Part shown: one piece after another, positions 36,559 through 44,867 of the stretch | Layout of the letters: each line of letters begins with the position of its first letter | Position numbering within the stretch: the stretch's first letter is position 1 | Source: Candidatus Methylomirabilota bacterium | GTDB taxonomy: Bacteria > Methylomirabilota > Methylomirabilia > Rokubacteriales > CSP1-6 | Direction of reading: 5' to 3' | DNA: 64,000 nucleotides | NCBI GenBank assembly: GCA_036556545.1 | Contig: DATBJF010000019.1 | Coordinates: 28,007-92,006, forward strand | Notes under the pieces: model-generated | The model's database searches: none | The model's input: only the letters and a program-made list of their open reading frames with translations | Told to the model about the DNA's origin: nothing | Position numbers and translations under genes: made by a program

Positions 36559-38234
36559 CACGCTCTCCTGCGGTCGAAATCGCTCCGCTCGCCGGTCCCG
36601 TAGAGCTGCAAGGCGCCCTTCGGTCCCACGGCGTTCGGCCGTTGAAAGATCCAGTTCTGCCACGCCGAGAGACGGCCGAAGATCTTCGTCTCCAGCGTCT
36701 CCGGGCCGCCGAAGCGCAGCGAGGCTTCCATGCCGGTCAGCGCGTCGGGCGAAAAGGCCGTGCGCTCCTCGAGAGCCAGCCGCACCTCGTCCTCCCAGTC
36801 GATGTCGTCGGGCGTGAACGTCACCAGGCCGGCCGCGGCCGCCGCGGCGGCGTCGAGGTCCTGGCCGATCCGGCCCTTGAGGTCGTCGACGCGTCCCGGC
36901 TCCCCGAGGAAGCGGCTGGCCAGGCGCGTCAGCCCGTTGATCATCGGGTACGCACCGAAGTTGGCGGCCGTGAGCCTCACCGTCGCCGGTCCCTGCGTCT
37001 GCCCGGCCGGGGTGCCGTCGAGCATGAACGACCGGTCGGCCGCCAGCGCCAGCTCGAGCAGCGTGCCCGTGAAGCACGACCCCGGCTCGACGAGCGCGAA
37101 GATCGAGCGCGACGAGACGTCGAGCCGCTTGAAGGTGCGCTTGAGATAGAGCCGCACCTCCCGCACGAGCCAGTCGCCTGCGTGATCGAGCAGCAGCCGG
37201 TCGTGCGCCTCCACCAGGTCGGCGCGGCCCGCCGTGCGTACGACCCAGACGCCGATCTGCGGCTCGTTGGTCCGCAGATGGAGGACCAAGTCGTCGAGCT
37301 CGCGCGCGATCGCGAGCGGCCAGAAGGCCGCGCCGACCTCGGCGACGCCGGCAGCGTCGGGCGGCGGCGCGCCGGCAGGGCCGGTGACGGTGATCTCGGC
37401 GAGGCCCCGGCGACGGTCGACGGCGCACGTGACGTGCGTGTAGGCGATGCGGTCGGCGTCGAGCGTCCGCTCGAGCGGCGTGAGGGCGATGCCCCTGGCG
37501 TTGCGGGGCCGGTCGGTCTTCGCCGCCAGCTCCCGGGCCCGCTGCTTGACCGTCTCCTCGAGCCGGGAGCGCGGAACCACCTCGTCCACGAGGCCCCACT
37601 CCACCGCGCGCCGTCCCTTGACGCCTTCCTCCGTGGTGCAGAAGAAGTCGGCGCGGTCGCGGCGGACGCGGCGCTTGTCCACCAGGCGCGTCAGCCCGCC
37701 GGTGCCGGGCAGCACGGCCAGCAGCGGCACCTCGGGCAGCGAGACGGCGGTGTTGCCGTCGTCGGCCATGACGATCCACTCGGTGGCCAGCGCCAGCTCG
37801 TAGCCGCCGCCCGCGCACGGCCCGTTCACCATGCAGAGGTACGTCTGCCGGGACTCGGCCGACGCCTCCTCCAGCGCGTTGCGCGTCTCGTTGGTGAACT
37901 TGCAGAAGTTGACCTTGAAGCCGTGCGACGACTGGCCGAGCATCCGGATGTTCGCGCCGGCGCAGAAGATGCGCTCCTTGCCCGAGGTGACGATCACCGC
38001 TCCCACCTCCGGGTGCTCGAAGCGCAGCCGCTGCACGGCGTCGTAGAGCTCGATGTCGACGCCGAGGTCGTAGGAATTGAGCTTCAGCTCGTAGCCCGGT
38101 CGCAGCCCGGCGTCCTCGCGGACGTCCATGGCCAGCGTGGCCACCGGCCCGTCGAAGGACAGCTTCCAGTGCCGGTAGCGCGCGGGCTCGGTGCGAAAGT
38201 CCACCGGTGCGGAATCGGACGTCGTCTCAGCCAT
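36558..38234 (-). CDS. boxC: 2,3-epoxybenzoyl-CoA dihydrolase BoxC
   Basis: LKLNSYDLGVDIELYDA, KVNFCKFTNETRN, RLSAWQNWIFQRPNAVG. Confidence 0.95.
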   Translation of the reverse strand: MAETTSDSAPVDFRTEPARYRHWKLSFDGPVATLAMDVREDAGLRPGYELKLNSYDLGVDIELYDAVQRLRFEHPEVGAVIVTSGKERIFCAGANIRMLGQSSHGFKVNFCKFTNETRNALEEASAESRQTYLCMVNGPCAGGGYELALATEWIVMADDGNTAVSLPEVPLLAVLPGTGGLTRLVDKRRVRRDRADFFCTTEEGVKGRRAVEWGLVDEVVPRSRLEETVKQRARELAAKTDRPRNARGIALTPLERTLDADRIAYTHVTCAVDRRRGLAEITVTGPAGAPPPDAAGVAEVGAAFWPLAIARELDDLVLHLRTNEPQIGVWVVRTAGRADLVEAHDRLLLDHAGDWLVREVRLYLKRTFKRLDVSSRSIFALVEPGSCFTGTLLELALAADRSFMLDGTPAGQTQGPATVRLTAANFGAYPMINGLTRLASRFLGEPGRVDDLKGRIGQDLDAAAAAAAGLVTFTPDDIDWEDEVRLALEERTAFSPDALTGMEASLRFGGPETLETKIFGRLSAWQNWIFQRPNAVGPKGALQLYGTGERSDFDRRRA

Positions 38235-38237
38235 CGT

Positions 38238-38786
38238 CTATCCCAGGATGACCCAGAGGACCCGGGCCGTCTTCGTTCCGAGGTTCTCCCACCCGTGCGG
38301 CGCGCCGCCGTCGAGCAGGGCGCTGTCGCCCGCCTCGAGCGTCTGACGCTCGCCGTTGTAGTGCAGCGCGACCTTGCCGTCGAGCACGTAGAACAGCTTC
38401 ATCTGGCCGGGCTTGATGACGACCTTGTCGGTCGTCACCCCTTGCGACCGACCCTCGAGGGTCGACACCACCGCGCGGATCTTGCCCTCGAACAGACCGG
38501 CGCCGAGCACCGCCCACTTCTCCGACGATCCGTCGAACGACACGACCGGGTAGTCTTTCTTGCGGCTGACGTGGATACGTCCCGTCGGCTGCCCGTCGAA
38601 CAGCGCCGCGATCGGCACGGACAGCGCCGCGGCGATCTTGCCGAGCGTGTGCAGCGACGGCGTGAGCCGTCCCGACTCGATCTGCGACACCATGCTGGGC
38701 GTGAGCTCGGCCTTTTCCGCGAGCTGCCGCTGCTGGAGCTCGCGCTCGAGTCGCAGCGCCTTGATCCGCTCGCCGAGCGGCGCCAA
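38238..38786 (-). CDS. XRE-family HTH regulator with cupin domain
   Basis: LGERIKALR...SQIESG..TPS; LEAGDS...PHGWEN. Confidence 0.88.
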   Translation of the reverse strand: MAPLGERIKALRLERELQQRQLAEKAELTPSMVSQIESGRLTPSLHTLGKIAAALSVPIAALFDGQPTGRIHVSRKKDYPVVSFDGSSEKWAVLGAGLFEGKIRAVVSTLEGRSQGVTTDKVVIKPGQMKLFYVLDGKVALHYNGERQTLEAGDSALLDGGAPHGWENLGTKTARVLWVILG

Positions 38787-39800
38787 CTAGCTTCCCGCCT
38801 CGTACGACGACGGCCCGGCGTCCAGGCCGGCCAGCCGCGCCAGCGCGCGCGCCACGTACACCCGCGTCACCTTCTTGCGATACGGGTGCGTGAAGTCCGT
38901 GTTGTCGAGCGGTTTCGAGGGGCGGGCGGCGAGCTCCGCCGCGCGCGTGATCGCCTCCGACGTGAGCGGCGCGCCGACCAGCGCGGCACCGGCCGCGCTG
39001 GCCTCGCGCGGCTGTGACGCCACCGCGCCCAGGACGATGCGGGCCTCGCGCACCACGTCGCCCTCGCGCCGCACGGCCGCCGCCACGCCGAGCACCGGAA
39101 AGTCGAACGAGCCTCGGCGACGGAGCTTGAGGTAGACCGACGACCAGCCCTCGGAGTCCGGCAGCGCGATCTCGGTCAGGATCTCGTCGGCGCGCTTGCC
39201 GAGGTACTCGATGCCGTCGTCCTTGAAGAGCGCGGCCACGGGCAACGTCCGCTCACCGGCGGGGCCGGCCAGGCGCACGGTAGCCCCGAGCGCCCACAAC
39301 ACCGGCGCCGTGTCGGAGGACGAGACCGCCCAGCACCGCGGGCTGCCGGGCGCCACCAGGCAGATGTCGCCGTCCTTCTTCATGCAGAAGCCGATCGCCT
39401 TCCGCCACTCGTAGGTCTGGTTGTAGTAGTTGCAGCGCGTGTCGACGCAGACGTTGCCGCCCAGCGTGCCCATGTTGCGCAGCTGCGGCGACGACACGAG
39501 GCCGGCCGCCGTGGCGAGCGCGGGATAGCGTCGCCCGACGTCGGCGCTGGTCGCCACCTGGGTGAGGGTGGTGCCGGCGCCGATCGTCAGTTCGCGGTTC
39601 GTCGCGCGCACGCCGCGAAGCTCGCGAATGCCGCGCAGCCCCACCAGGGCCTTCGGCTCGAACTGGCGCCGCTTCATGTTGGGAAAGAGATCGGTGCCGC
39701 CGGCCACGAGCATCGCATCGCGGCCCCGATCGGCGAGGTACTTCACCGCATCACCGACGGTGCGCGGCGTGAGGTACTCGAAGGCCGGCAGCCGAATCAT
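38787..39800 (-). CDS. hcrB: FAD/[4Fe-4S] subunit, 4-hydroxybenzoyl-CoA reductase beta-like
   Basis: AGGTDL, RNMGTLGGN, insertion DTRCNYYNQ...C...C...C. Confidence 0.75.
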   Translation of the reverse strand: MIRLPAFEYLTPRTVGDAVKYLADRGRDAMLVAGGTDLFPNMKRRQFEPKALVGLRGIRELRGVRATNRELTIGAGTTLTQVATSADVGRRYPALATAAGLVSSPQLRNMGTLGGNVCVDTRCNYYNQTYEWRKAIGFCMKKDGDICLVAPGSPRCWAVSSSDTAPVLWALGATVRLAGPAGERTLPVAALFKDDGIEYLGKRADEILTEIALPDSEGWSSVYLKLRRRGSFDFPVLGVAAAVRREGDVVREARIVLGAVASQPREASAAGAALVGAPLTSEAITRAAELAARPSKPLDNTDFTHPYRKKVTRVYVARALARLAGLDAGPSSYEAGS

Positions 39801-42250
39801 TGTAGGTCCGCGAAGGGACGCACCGCGATCGCGTCCGCCGGCTGTCCGAACGCCGAGTCGACCGCCAGCGGCTCCTTGAACGTGAACAGCGGGAGCTTCT
39901 CCGGTCCGATCCGGGCGACCTTTCCCTGGCGCTTGAGCTCGAGCCCCTTGAGGATCTTGTCGGGGGTGATGGGCACCTCGTCGATCCGCACGCCGGTGGC
40001 CTGGTAGATCGCGTTGGCGATGGCGGGGATCACGGGAAGCAGCGGCCCCTGCCCCGCCTCCTTGGCGCCGAAGGGTCCCTCGGGATCGTCGGTCTCCACG
40101 AGGAACGTATGGATCTCGGGCGTCTCGAGCGTGGTCGGGCTCTTGTAGTCGAGCATGGACGGCGTCTTGTGGAGTCCCTTGCGAAAGACCTGCTCCTCCA
40201 TGAGCGCCTCGCCGATGCCCATGTAGATCGAGCCCTCGACCTGGCCTTCCACGAGCAGCGGATTGAGGGCGCGGCCGATGTCGTGCGCGATCCACACGTC
40301 CTCGAGCTCGATGGCGCCGGTGTCCTCGTCCACCGTCAGCTCGACCACGCACGCGGAGTACGAGTAGCAGGGCGAGGGCCCCACGCCGCCGCCCTTGTAC
40401 TTGCCGGCGCGCTTCGGCGGCGCGTACGAGCCGGGGAACGCGAGCACGCCATGCAACGCCTCGCCGAGCTCCACCGCCTGCGCGAACGGCATCGCCTTGT
40501 CCCAGTCGTCGGCCACGCCGACCTTTCCTTCTCGCGCCCCGAGGGCGGACGGCTCGACGCCGAGCTTGGCGGCGACGGCACGGACGAGCACGGCCTTCAA
40601 ACGCTCGCTCGCCTGGATGGCCGCCTGCCCGCACATCAGCGTCACCCGTGACGAGTACGAGCCGAGGTCGACCGGAGTGAGGCTTGTGTCGGCGGGATGG
40701 ACGTGCACGTCCTTGGGCTCGATGCCGAGCACCTCGGCCACGAGGTAGGCGAGGATGGAGTCGGAGCCCTGACCGATGTCGGTGGCCCCGCAGAGCACGG
40801 TGACGCCGCCGCTCCGATCGGCGCGGACGATCACTCCCGAGTGCGGCATGTTGTTCCAGTAGATGGCGGTGCCGGCACCCGTCATGTAGGCCGAGCACGC
40901 CAGCCCGATCCCCTTGCGCTTGCGCGTCTGCCAGAGCGGTTTCGGCGACGCGTCGGCCGCCCGGTAGCGCGCGTGCTTGTCGCGCCAGCCCGAGGCCTCG
41001 ACGACCTTGTCGATGCACTCGCCGAGGCCGATCGTGGTCACCGTCAGATGGTTCGCCGTCTTCGTGAACGGCTCGGCGAGGATCCGTCGCCGCATGTCGG
41101 CAGGATCGAGACCGAGCTGCTCGGCGGCTTTATCGAGCTGGCACTCGAGCGCGAACCGGGGCTGCGGCGTCCCGTGGCCGCGCTTGGGTCCACAGGGCGG
41201 CTTGTTGGTGAACACGCGCGCGCCCTCGAACTTGTACACCGGCATCTTATAGGTGACGGGGTTGATGACGCCCGTGTAGAACGTCGACGCCACGCCGTAC
41301 GACCCATAGGCGCCCCCGTCCAGCCACGTGCGGAGGTGGCACCCGGTGATGTCACCGTGGCGCGTGAACCCGGTCTTGATCCACATCAGGACGGGGTGCC
41401 GCCCGCGGTGGATGTAGAAGACCTCCTCGCGAGTGCACGTGATCTTGACCGGGCGACCCGTGATCTGGGACAGCTTGCACGCCGCGATCTCGTGGGCGAA
41501 CGGGTCCAGCTTGCCGCCGAACCCGCCGCCGACCGGCGCCGCCACCACGCGGATGTGCGCGGCCGGCACGGCGAGGATCTTCGCGAGCAGCCGGTGCACG
41601 TAATGCGGCGTCTGCGTCGACGACCAGAGCGTCAGCTTGCCGTCCGCCGTCCAGTGCGCCACGGCCGCGTGCTGCTCCATCGGCAGGTGCGTGTTGCCCT
41701 CGAAGTAGAAGACGTCCTCGCGCACGAGATCCGCACGCGCAAAGGCGGCCTCGACATCGCCGAACTGCAGCGCGACGTTCTTGTGGACGTTGGGGCCGTC
41801 GCCGTACTCGTGGATGCGCACCTCCGGATGGGCGAGCGACTCCTGGATCGACATGAGGGCGGGCAGCGGCTCGTACTCCACCTCGATCAGGCGGCACGCC
41901 CGCTCCGCCGTCTCCTCGTCGACGGCGGCCACCGCCGCGACGGCGTCGCCGACCATCCGGACCTTCTCCGTGCAGAGCGCCTCCTCGTCCTGCGACACGG
42001 GAAGGATGCCGAACTTGACGCGCGGAAGGTCAGCGCCGGTGATGACCGCGTAGACGCCGGGCAGATCACGGGCGCGGGCGACGTCGATACGCGTGATCCG
42101 CGCATGGGCGTGCGCGCTCCGCAGCAGGCGCCCGTGGGCGAGCCGCGGCGGCGCCAGGTCGTCGGCGTAGCGCGTCTCGCCCGTGACCTTCGCCCACGCG
42201 TCGATCTTCGGGAGCGGCTGGCCGACGACGGTGAAGCGGTTCTTCGTCAT
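39797..42250 (-). CDS. hcrA: Molybdopterin-binding subunit, 4-hydroxybenzoyl-CoA reductase alpha-like
   Basis: GGGFGGK, RGHG, DIGQGS, GSYSSRVT, GQVEG, GPFGAKEAGQG. Confidence 0.72.
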   Translation of the reverse strand: MTKNRFTVVGQPLPKIDAWAKVTGETRYADDLAPPRLAHGRLLRSAHAHARITRIDVARARDLPGVYAVITGADLPRVKFGILPVSQDEEALCTEKVRMVGDAVAAVAAVDEETAERACRLIEVEYEPLPALMSIQESLAHPEVRIHEYGDGPNVHKNVALQFGDVEAAFARADLVREDVFYFEGNTHLPMEQHAAVAHWTADGKLTLWSSTQTPHYVHRLLAKILAVPAAHIRVVAAPVGGGFGGKLDPFAHEIAACKLSQITGRPVKITCTREEVFYIHRGRHPVLMWIKTGFTRHGDITGCHLRTWLDGGAYGSYGVASTFYTGVINPVTYKMPVYKFEGARVFTNKPPCGPKRGHGTPQPRFALECQLDKAAEQLGLDPADMRRRILAEPFTKTANHLTVTTIGLGECIDKVVEASGWRDKHARYRAADASPKPLWQTRKRKGIGLACSAYMTGAGTAIYWNNMPHSGVIVRADRSGGVTVLCGATDIGQGSDSILAYLVAEVLGIEPKDVHVHPADTSLTPVDLGSYSSRVTLMCGQAAIQASERLKAVLVRAVAAKLGVEPSALGAREGKVGVADDWDKAMPFAQAVELGEALHGVLAFPGSYAPPKRAGKYKGGGVGPSPCYSYSACVVELTVDEDTGAIELEDVWIAHDIGRALNPLLVEGQVEGSIYMGIGEALMEEQVFRKGLHKTPSMLDYKSPTTLETPEIHTFLVETDDPEGPFGAKEAGQGPLLPVIPAIANAIYQATGVRIDEVPITPDKILKGLELKRQGKVARIGPEKLPLFTFKEPLAVDSAFGQPADAIAVRPFADLQ

Positions 42251-42744
42251 CGCGCGACCTCGTGCGGGGCGCTCGGCCGGCGCATCCGCAGCGCGGCCAG
42301 CTCCACGGCGTCGAGAATCTTGGTGTAGCCGGTGCAGCGGCAGAGATTGCCGGCCAGCGCCTCCTTGATGGCTTGGCGCGTCGGCGCCGGCGCCTCCTCG
42401 AGCAGCGCCTTGGCCGTCAGCAAGATCCCGGGCGTGCAGTATCCGCACTGTGCGGCGCCGAGCTCCGCGAACGCCTGCTGCAGGGGATGGAGGTGACCGC
42501 CGTCGGCCAGCCCCTCCACGGTCGTGACGGCCGCGCCCTCGAGGTCGGCCGGAAGAGCCAGGCACGAGAGCACCGGCTCGCCGTCCACGAGCACGGTGCA
42601 CGTGCCACACTCTCCCAGCTCGCAGCCGTGCTTGGTGCCGGTGAGGTCCAGATCCTCACGCAGAACTTCCAGCAGGGTCTTGTGAACGGGGACCAGCAGC
42701 TCCCGTGGTTCGCCGTTCACCGTCAGAGTGAGGCGCGTCTTCAT
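42247..42744 (-). CDS. hcrC: 2x[2Fe-2S] subunit, HcrC/CoxS-like
   Basis: TGTKHGCELGECGTC, QCGYCTPG, NLCRCTGY. Confidence 0.75.
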   Translation of the reverse strand: MKTRLTLTVNGEPRELLVPVHKTLLEVLREDLDLTGTKHGCELGECGTCTVLVDGEPVLSCLALPADLEGAAVTTVEGLADGGHLHPLQQAFAELGAAQCGYCTPGILLTAKALLEEAPAPTRQAIKEALAGNLCRCTGYTKILDAVELAALRMRRPSAPHEVAR

Positions 42745-42766
42745 CGATTCCCTACCCTGGCTTGAC

Positions 42767-42820
42767 TTAATCGATACTGAAGGCGACTTCAAAAATACTG
42801 AATCGAGGCGCCGCCGTCAA
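42767..42820 (-). promoter_or_regulatory. Sigma-70 promoter of the hcr-box operon with tandem operator-like sites
   Basis: TTGACG-N17-TATTTT; TTCAGTATTTTTGAA (42788-42802) and TTCAGTATCGATTAA (42767-42781), 21-bp period. Confidence 0.65.
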
Positions 42821-42841
42821 GATCGGGTGCCAGCCCGCCCC

Positions 42842-42857
42842 TGGCCGTGGGTTTGCA
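42842..42857 (+). promoter_or_regulatory. Sigma-54-type promoter
   Basis: TGGCCGTGGGTTTGCA (GG-N10-GC). Confidence 0.6.
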
Positions 42858-42891
42858 GTCCTCCCCGCGAGATCGCGCTGGAGGTGACGTA

Positions 42892-42969
42892 GTGGCATAC
42901 ATCATTGCGTGGACGCTGGGCCCGCCAGTGTCCCTGATCGTTCTGTTCCTGCTGCTGTTCGGCTCCTGA
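42892..42969 (+). CDS. 25-aa single-pass membrane peptide
   Basis: GGAGGTGA SD, GTG start, MAYIIAWTLGPPVSLIVLFLLLFGS*; below the ORF-track cutoff. Confidence 0.7.
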   Translation: MAYIIAWTLGPPVSLIVLFLLLFGS

Positions 42970-43011
42970 CGTCTGCCCTCTGACGCGTCCCCTTCCGTCG
43001 TAATATCGCGC

Positions 43012-43923
43012 ATGCCGTTCGCCCGGACCGACGACCGCGTCAAGATCTACTACGAGGAGCACGGCCCCACCGAGTCCGCCGACGCGCGCCCGCCGCTCGT
43101 GCTGGCCTACGGCATCGGGGGAAACGCCGACCTCTGGGATGTCAACGTGCCCGCCCTCGCCGCGCGCCGTCGCGTGGTGCTGTGGGAGCCGCGCGGCCAC
43201 GCGCGCTCGGACAGCCCGGAGGATCCCGCGCGCTACTCGTTCGCGCGGTGGACGCTCGACCTCAAGGCCGTGCTCGATCACCTTCGCATCCGCGCCGCCC
43301 ACGTCGGTGGGCTCTCGCTCGGCGCCGGCATCGCCACGCGCTTCGCGCTGAGCTTTCCCGAGCGTGTGCGCTCGCTGCTGGTGACGAACTCGTCGTCCGC
43401 GGTCGGCCTGCCGCTGTCGGTCGACAACATCGTGATGCGTGCCCGCTCCATCGAGGTGACGCTGAGCAAGGGCATGGACGCCATGGCGGAGTTCGCGATG
43501 GCGGCCAATCCCAACGTCGTCGCGCGCCTCGCCCTCGACCCGTCGTCCAAGGACGAGTTCTACGCGTACTACCGCCGCCTGACGCCGGTCGGCTACGCCA
43601 ACGCGCTCCGCGCGCTTCTGGCGATGGATCACATTACCGAGCGGCTGCCGGAGCTCCGCGTTCCCGTGCTGCTCATCGGCGGCGATCGCGATCCCTCGCT
43701 GGCCCCCATGCGGGTCATGCATCGAAAGGTACGCGGCTCGACGCTTGTCGTGTTGTCGCCGGCCAGCCACTTTGCGAATCGGGATCAGCCGGAGGCGTGG
43801 AACCGCGCGGCCGTGGAGTTTCTGGAGCGCGGCGACGCGAGCGCTGCCCGCGGACGCGGCACGCGCCGCGCCCGCGGGCGACCGATCCAGGCGAAGCGGA
43901 GGCGGCGACGCTACTCGCCGTAG
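43012..43923 (+). CDS. Alpha/beta-fold hydrolase
   Basis: PRGHARS, GLSLG nucleophile elbow, GDRD, ASHF. Confidence 0.85.
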   Translation: MPFARTDDRVKIYYEEHGPTESADARPPLVLAYGIGGNADLWDVNVPALAARRRVVLWEPRGHARSDSPEDPARYSFARWTLDLKAVLDHLRIRAAHVGGLSLGAGIATRFALSFPERVRSLLVTNSSSAVGLPLSVDNIVMRARSIEVTLSKGMDAMAEFAMAANPNVVARLALDPSSKDEFYAYYRRLTPVGYANALRALLAMDHITERLPELRVPVLLIGGDRDPSLAPMRVMHRKVRGSTLVVLSPASHFANRDQPEAWNRAAVEFLERGDASAARGRGTRRARGRPIQAKRRRRRYSP

Positions 43924-44228
43924 ACGATGGTGGTGTACTTGGCGTAGACGCCGAGAATGTTCGAGGTCTCGTGATCCACGTGATGAATCCGCGTGATCCC
44001 GCCGTTCCGCATGGCGGTGGAGATGCTGGCGTCGCCATAGGCGAACATCACGATCCCGGTGGCCGTCGCGCGGCCGACCTTGGAGCTACCCGCCGCCGAC
44101 CCGGCCGAGACCGGTCCGCGGACGTCGAACGCGAACGGAGCAACAACCGGACCGTGCCCGATGGCACATCCGGTGAGGAGCACGGCGCACGTCACTGCGA
44201 GCGCGGACTGGCGTCCAATTTTGTTCAT
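43911..44228 (-). CDS. TRL-like family lipoprotein
   Basis: LTGC lipobox; GDASI..A...GIT.IHHVD...TIVYGE. Confidence 0.8.
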   Translation of the reverse strand: MNKIGRQSALAVTCAVLLTGCAIGHGPVVAPFAFDVRGPVSAGSAAGSSKVGRATATGIVMFAYGDASISTAMRNGGITRIHHVDHETSNILGVYAKYTTIVYGE

Positions 44229-44513
44229 GGTCCGTCCTTTCTGACGTGGACGCTTCGCTTCGCCTGAGGCGCGTCCACAGTAGCAGGCGGCCGAACCCGC
44301 AACAACGCGCCGGCCCCCCGGCCGGGCAGAATGACGGCTTTGCCGGTCGCGCTCGCGCATTTTTAGCCGGTCGCCTACCCTGCCTGCGCGCAAATCCACC
44401 ACCGGGCCACGGCTAACGTGACGATTTTCCGATGCAGTCCCCCGGCGGAGCGGCTGGCATCGTCGATGCTCTTCTTCGAGCCGTCGCACAGGCATTCGAC
44501 GGGAGCCGCGACG

Positions 44514-44660
44514 ATGAAATACGACAACTACAGCCGCCGCCTCACGATTCGCACGGCGCGCACGGTGACCGCCGAACCGCGCCGCACCCGGTCCAGCGGC
44601 TCCGCTCGCCGCCGTCGCCCACGCATCACGTCGCGCCGCGCCGTCGCCCGCGCCTCCTGA
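44514..44660 (+). CDS. Putative small Arg-rich protein
   Basis: GGGAG SD; MKYDNYSRRLTIRTARTV...RRRRPRITSRRAVARAS. Confidence 0.35.
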   Translation: MKYDNYSRRLTIRTARTVTAEPRRTRSSGSARRRRPRITSRRAVARAS

Positions 44661-44867
44661 TTTTTCGCCGATGCGCCGCCGCGCGCTCCGATGGACGCCA
44701 CGGCGCCGGTGCTGGACGCGAGAGCACGCCCAGCCACGCCGCTACTGCGCGGTCCGGGGCCCGGGGAGTTACCTATCGGCCGGTCCGGCCGGCTGTTCGC
44801 GAGGGACCGGCCTCCGCGGGAACGTCCGCTGGGCGCGGCCGATCGCGCGGAGGCCTGGCGGGGTCAG

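Noticed and set aside
35140-37818. Apparent long fusions in the track (892 aa here; also 38787-41018, 39797-42610, 44868-47144, 52007-54652, 53122-55443)
   Set aside because: Upstream extensions overlap real genes in other frames; the true starts are internal and coupled to upstream stops or SDs.
42893-42908. TGGCATACATCATTGC as a sigma-54 promoter
   Set aside because: Spacing is 11 nt and it lies within the 25-aa ORF.
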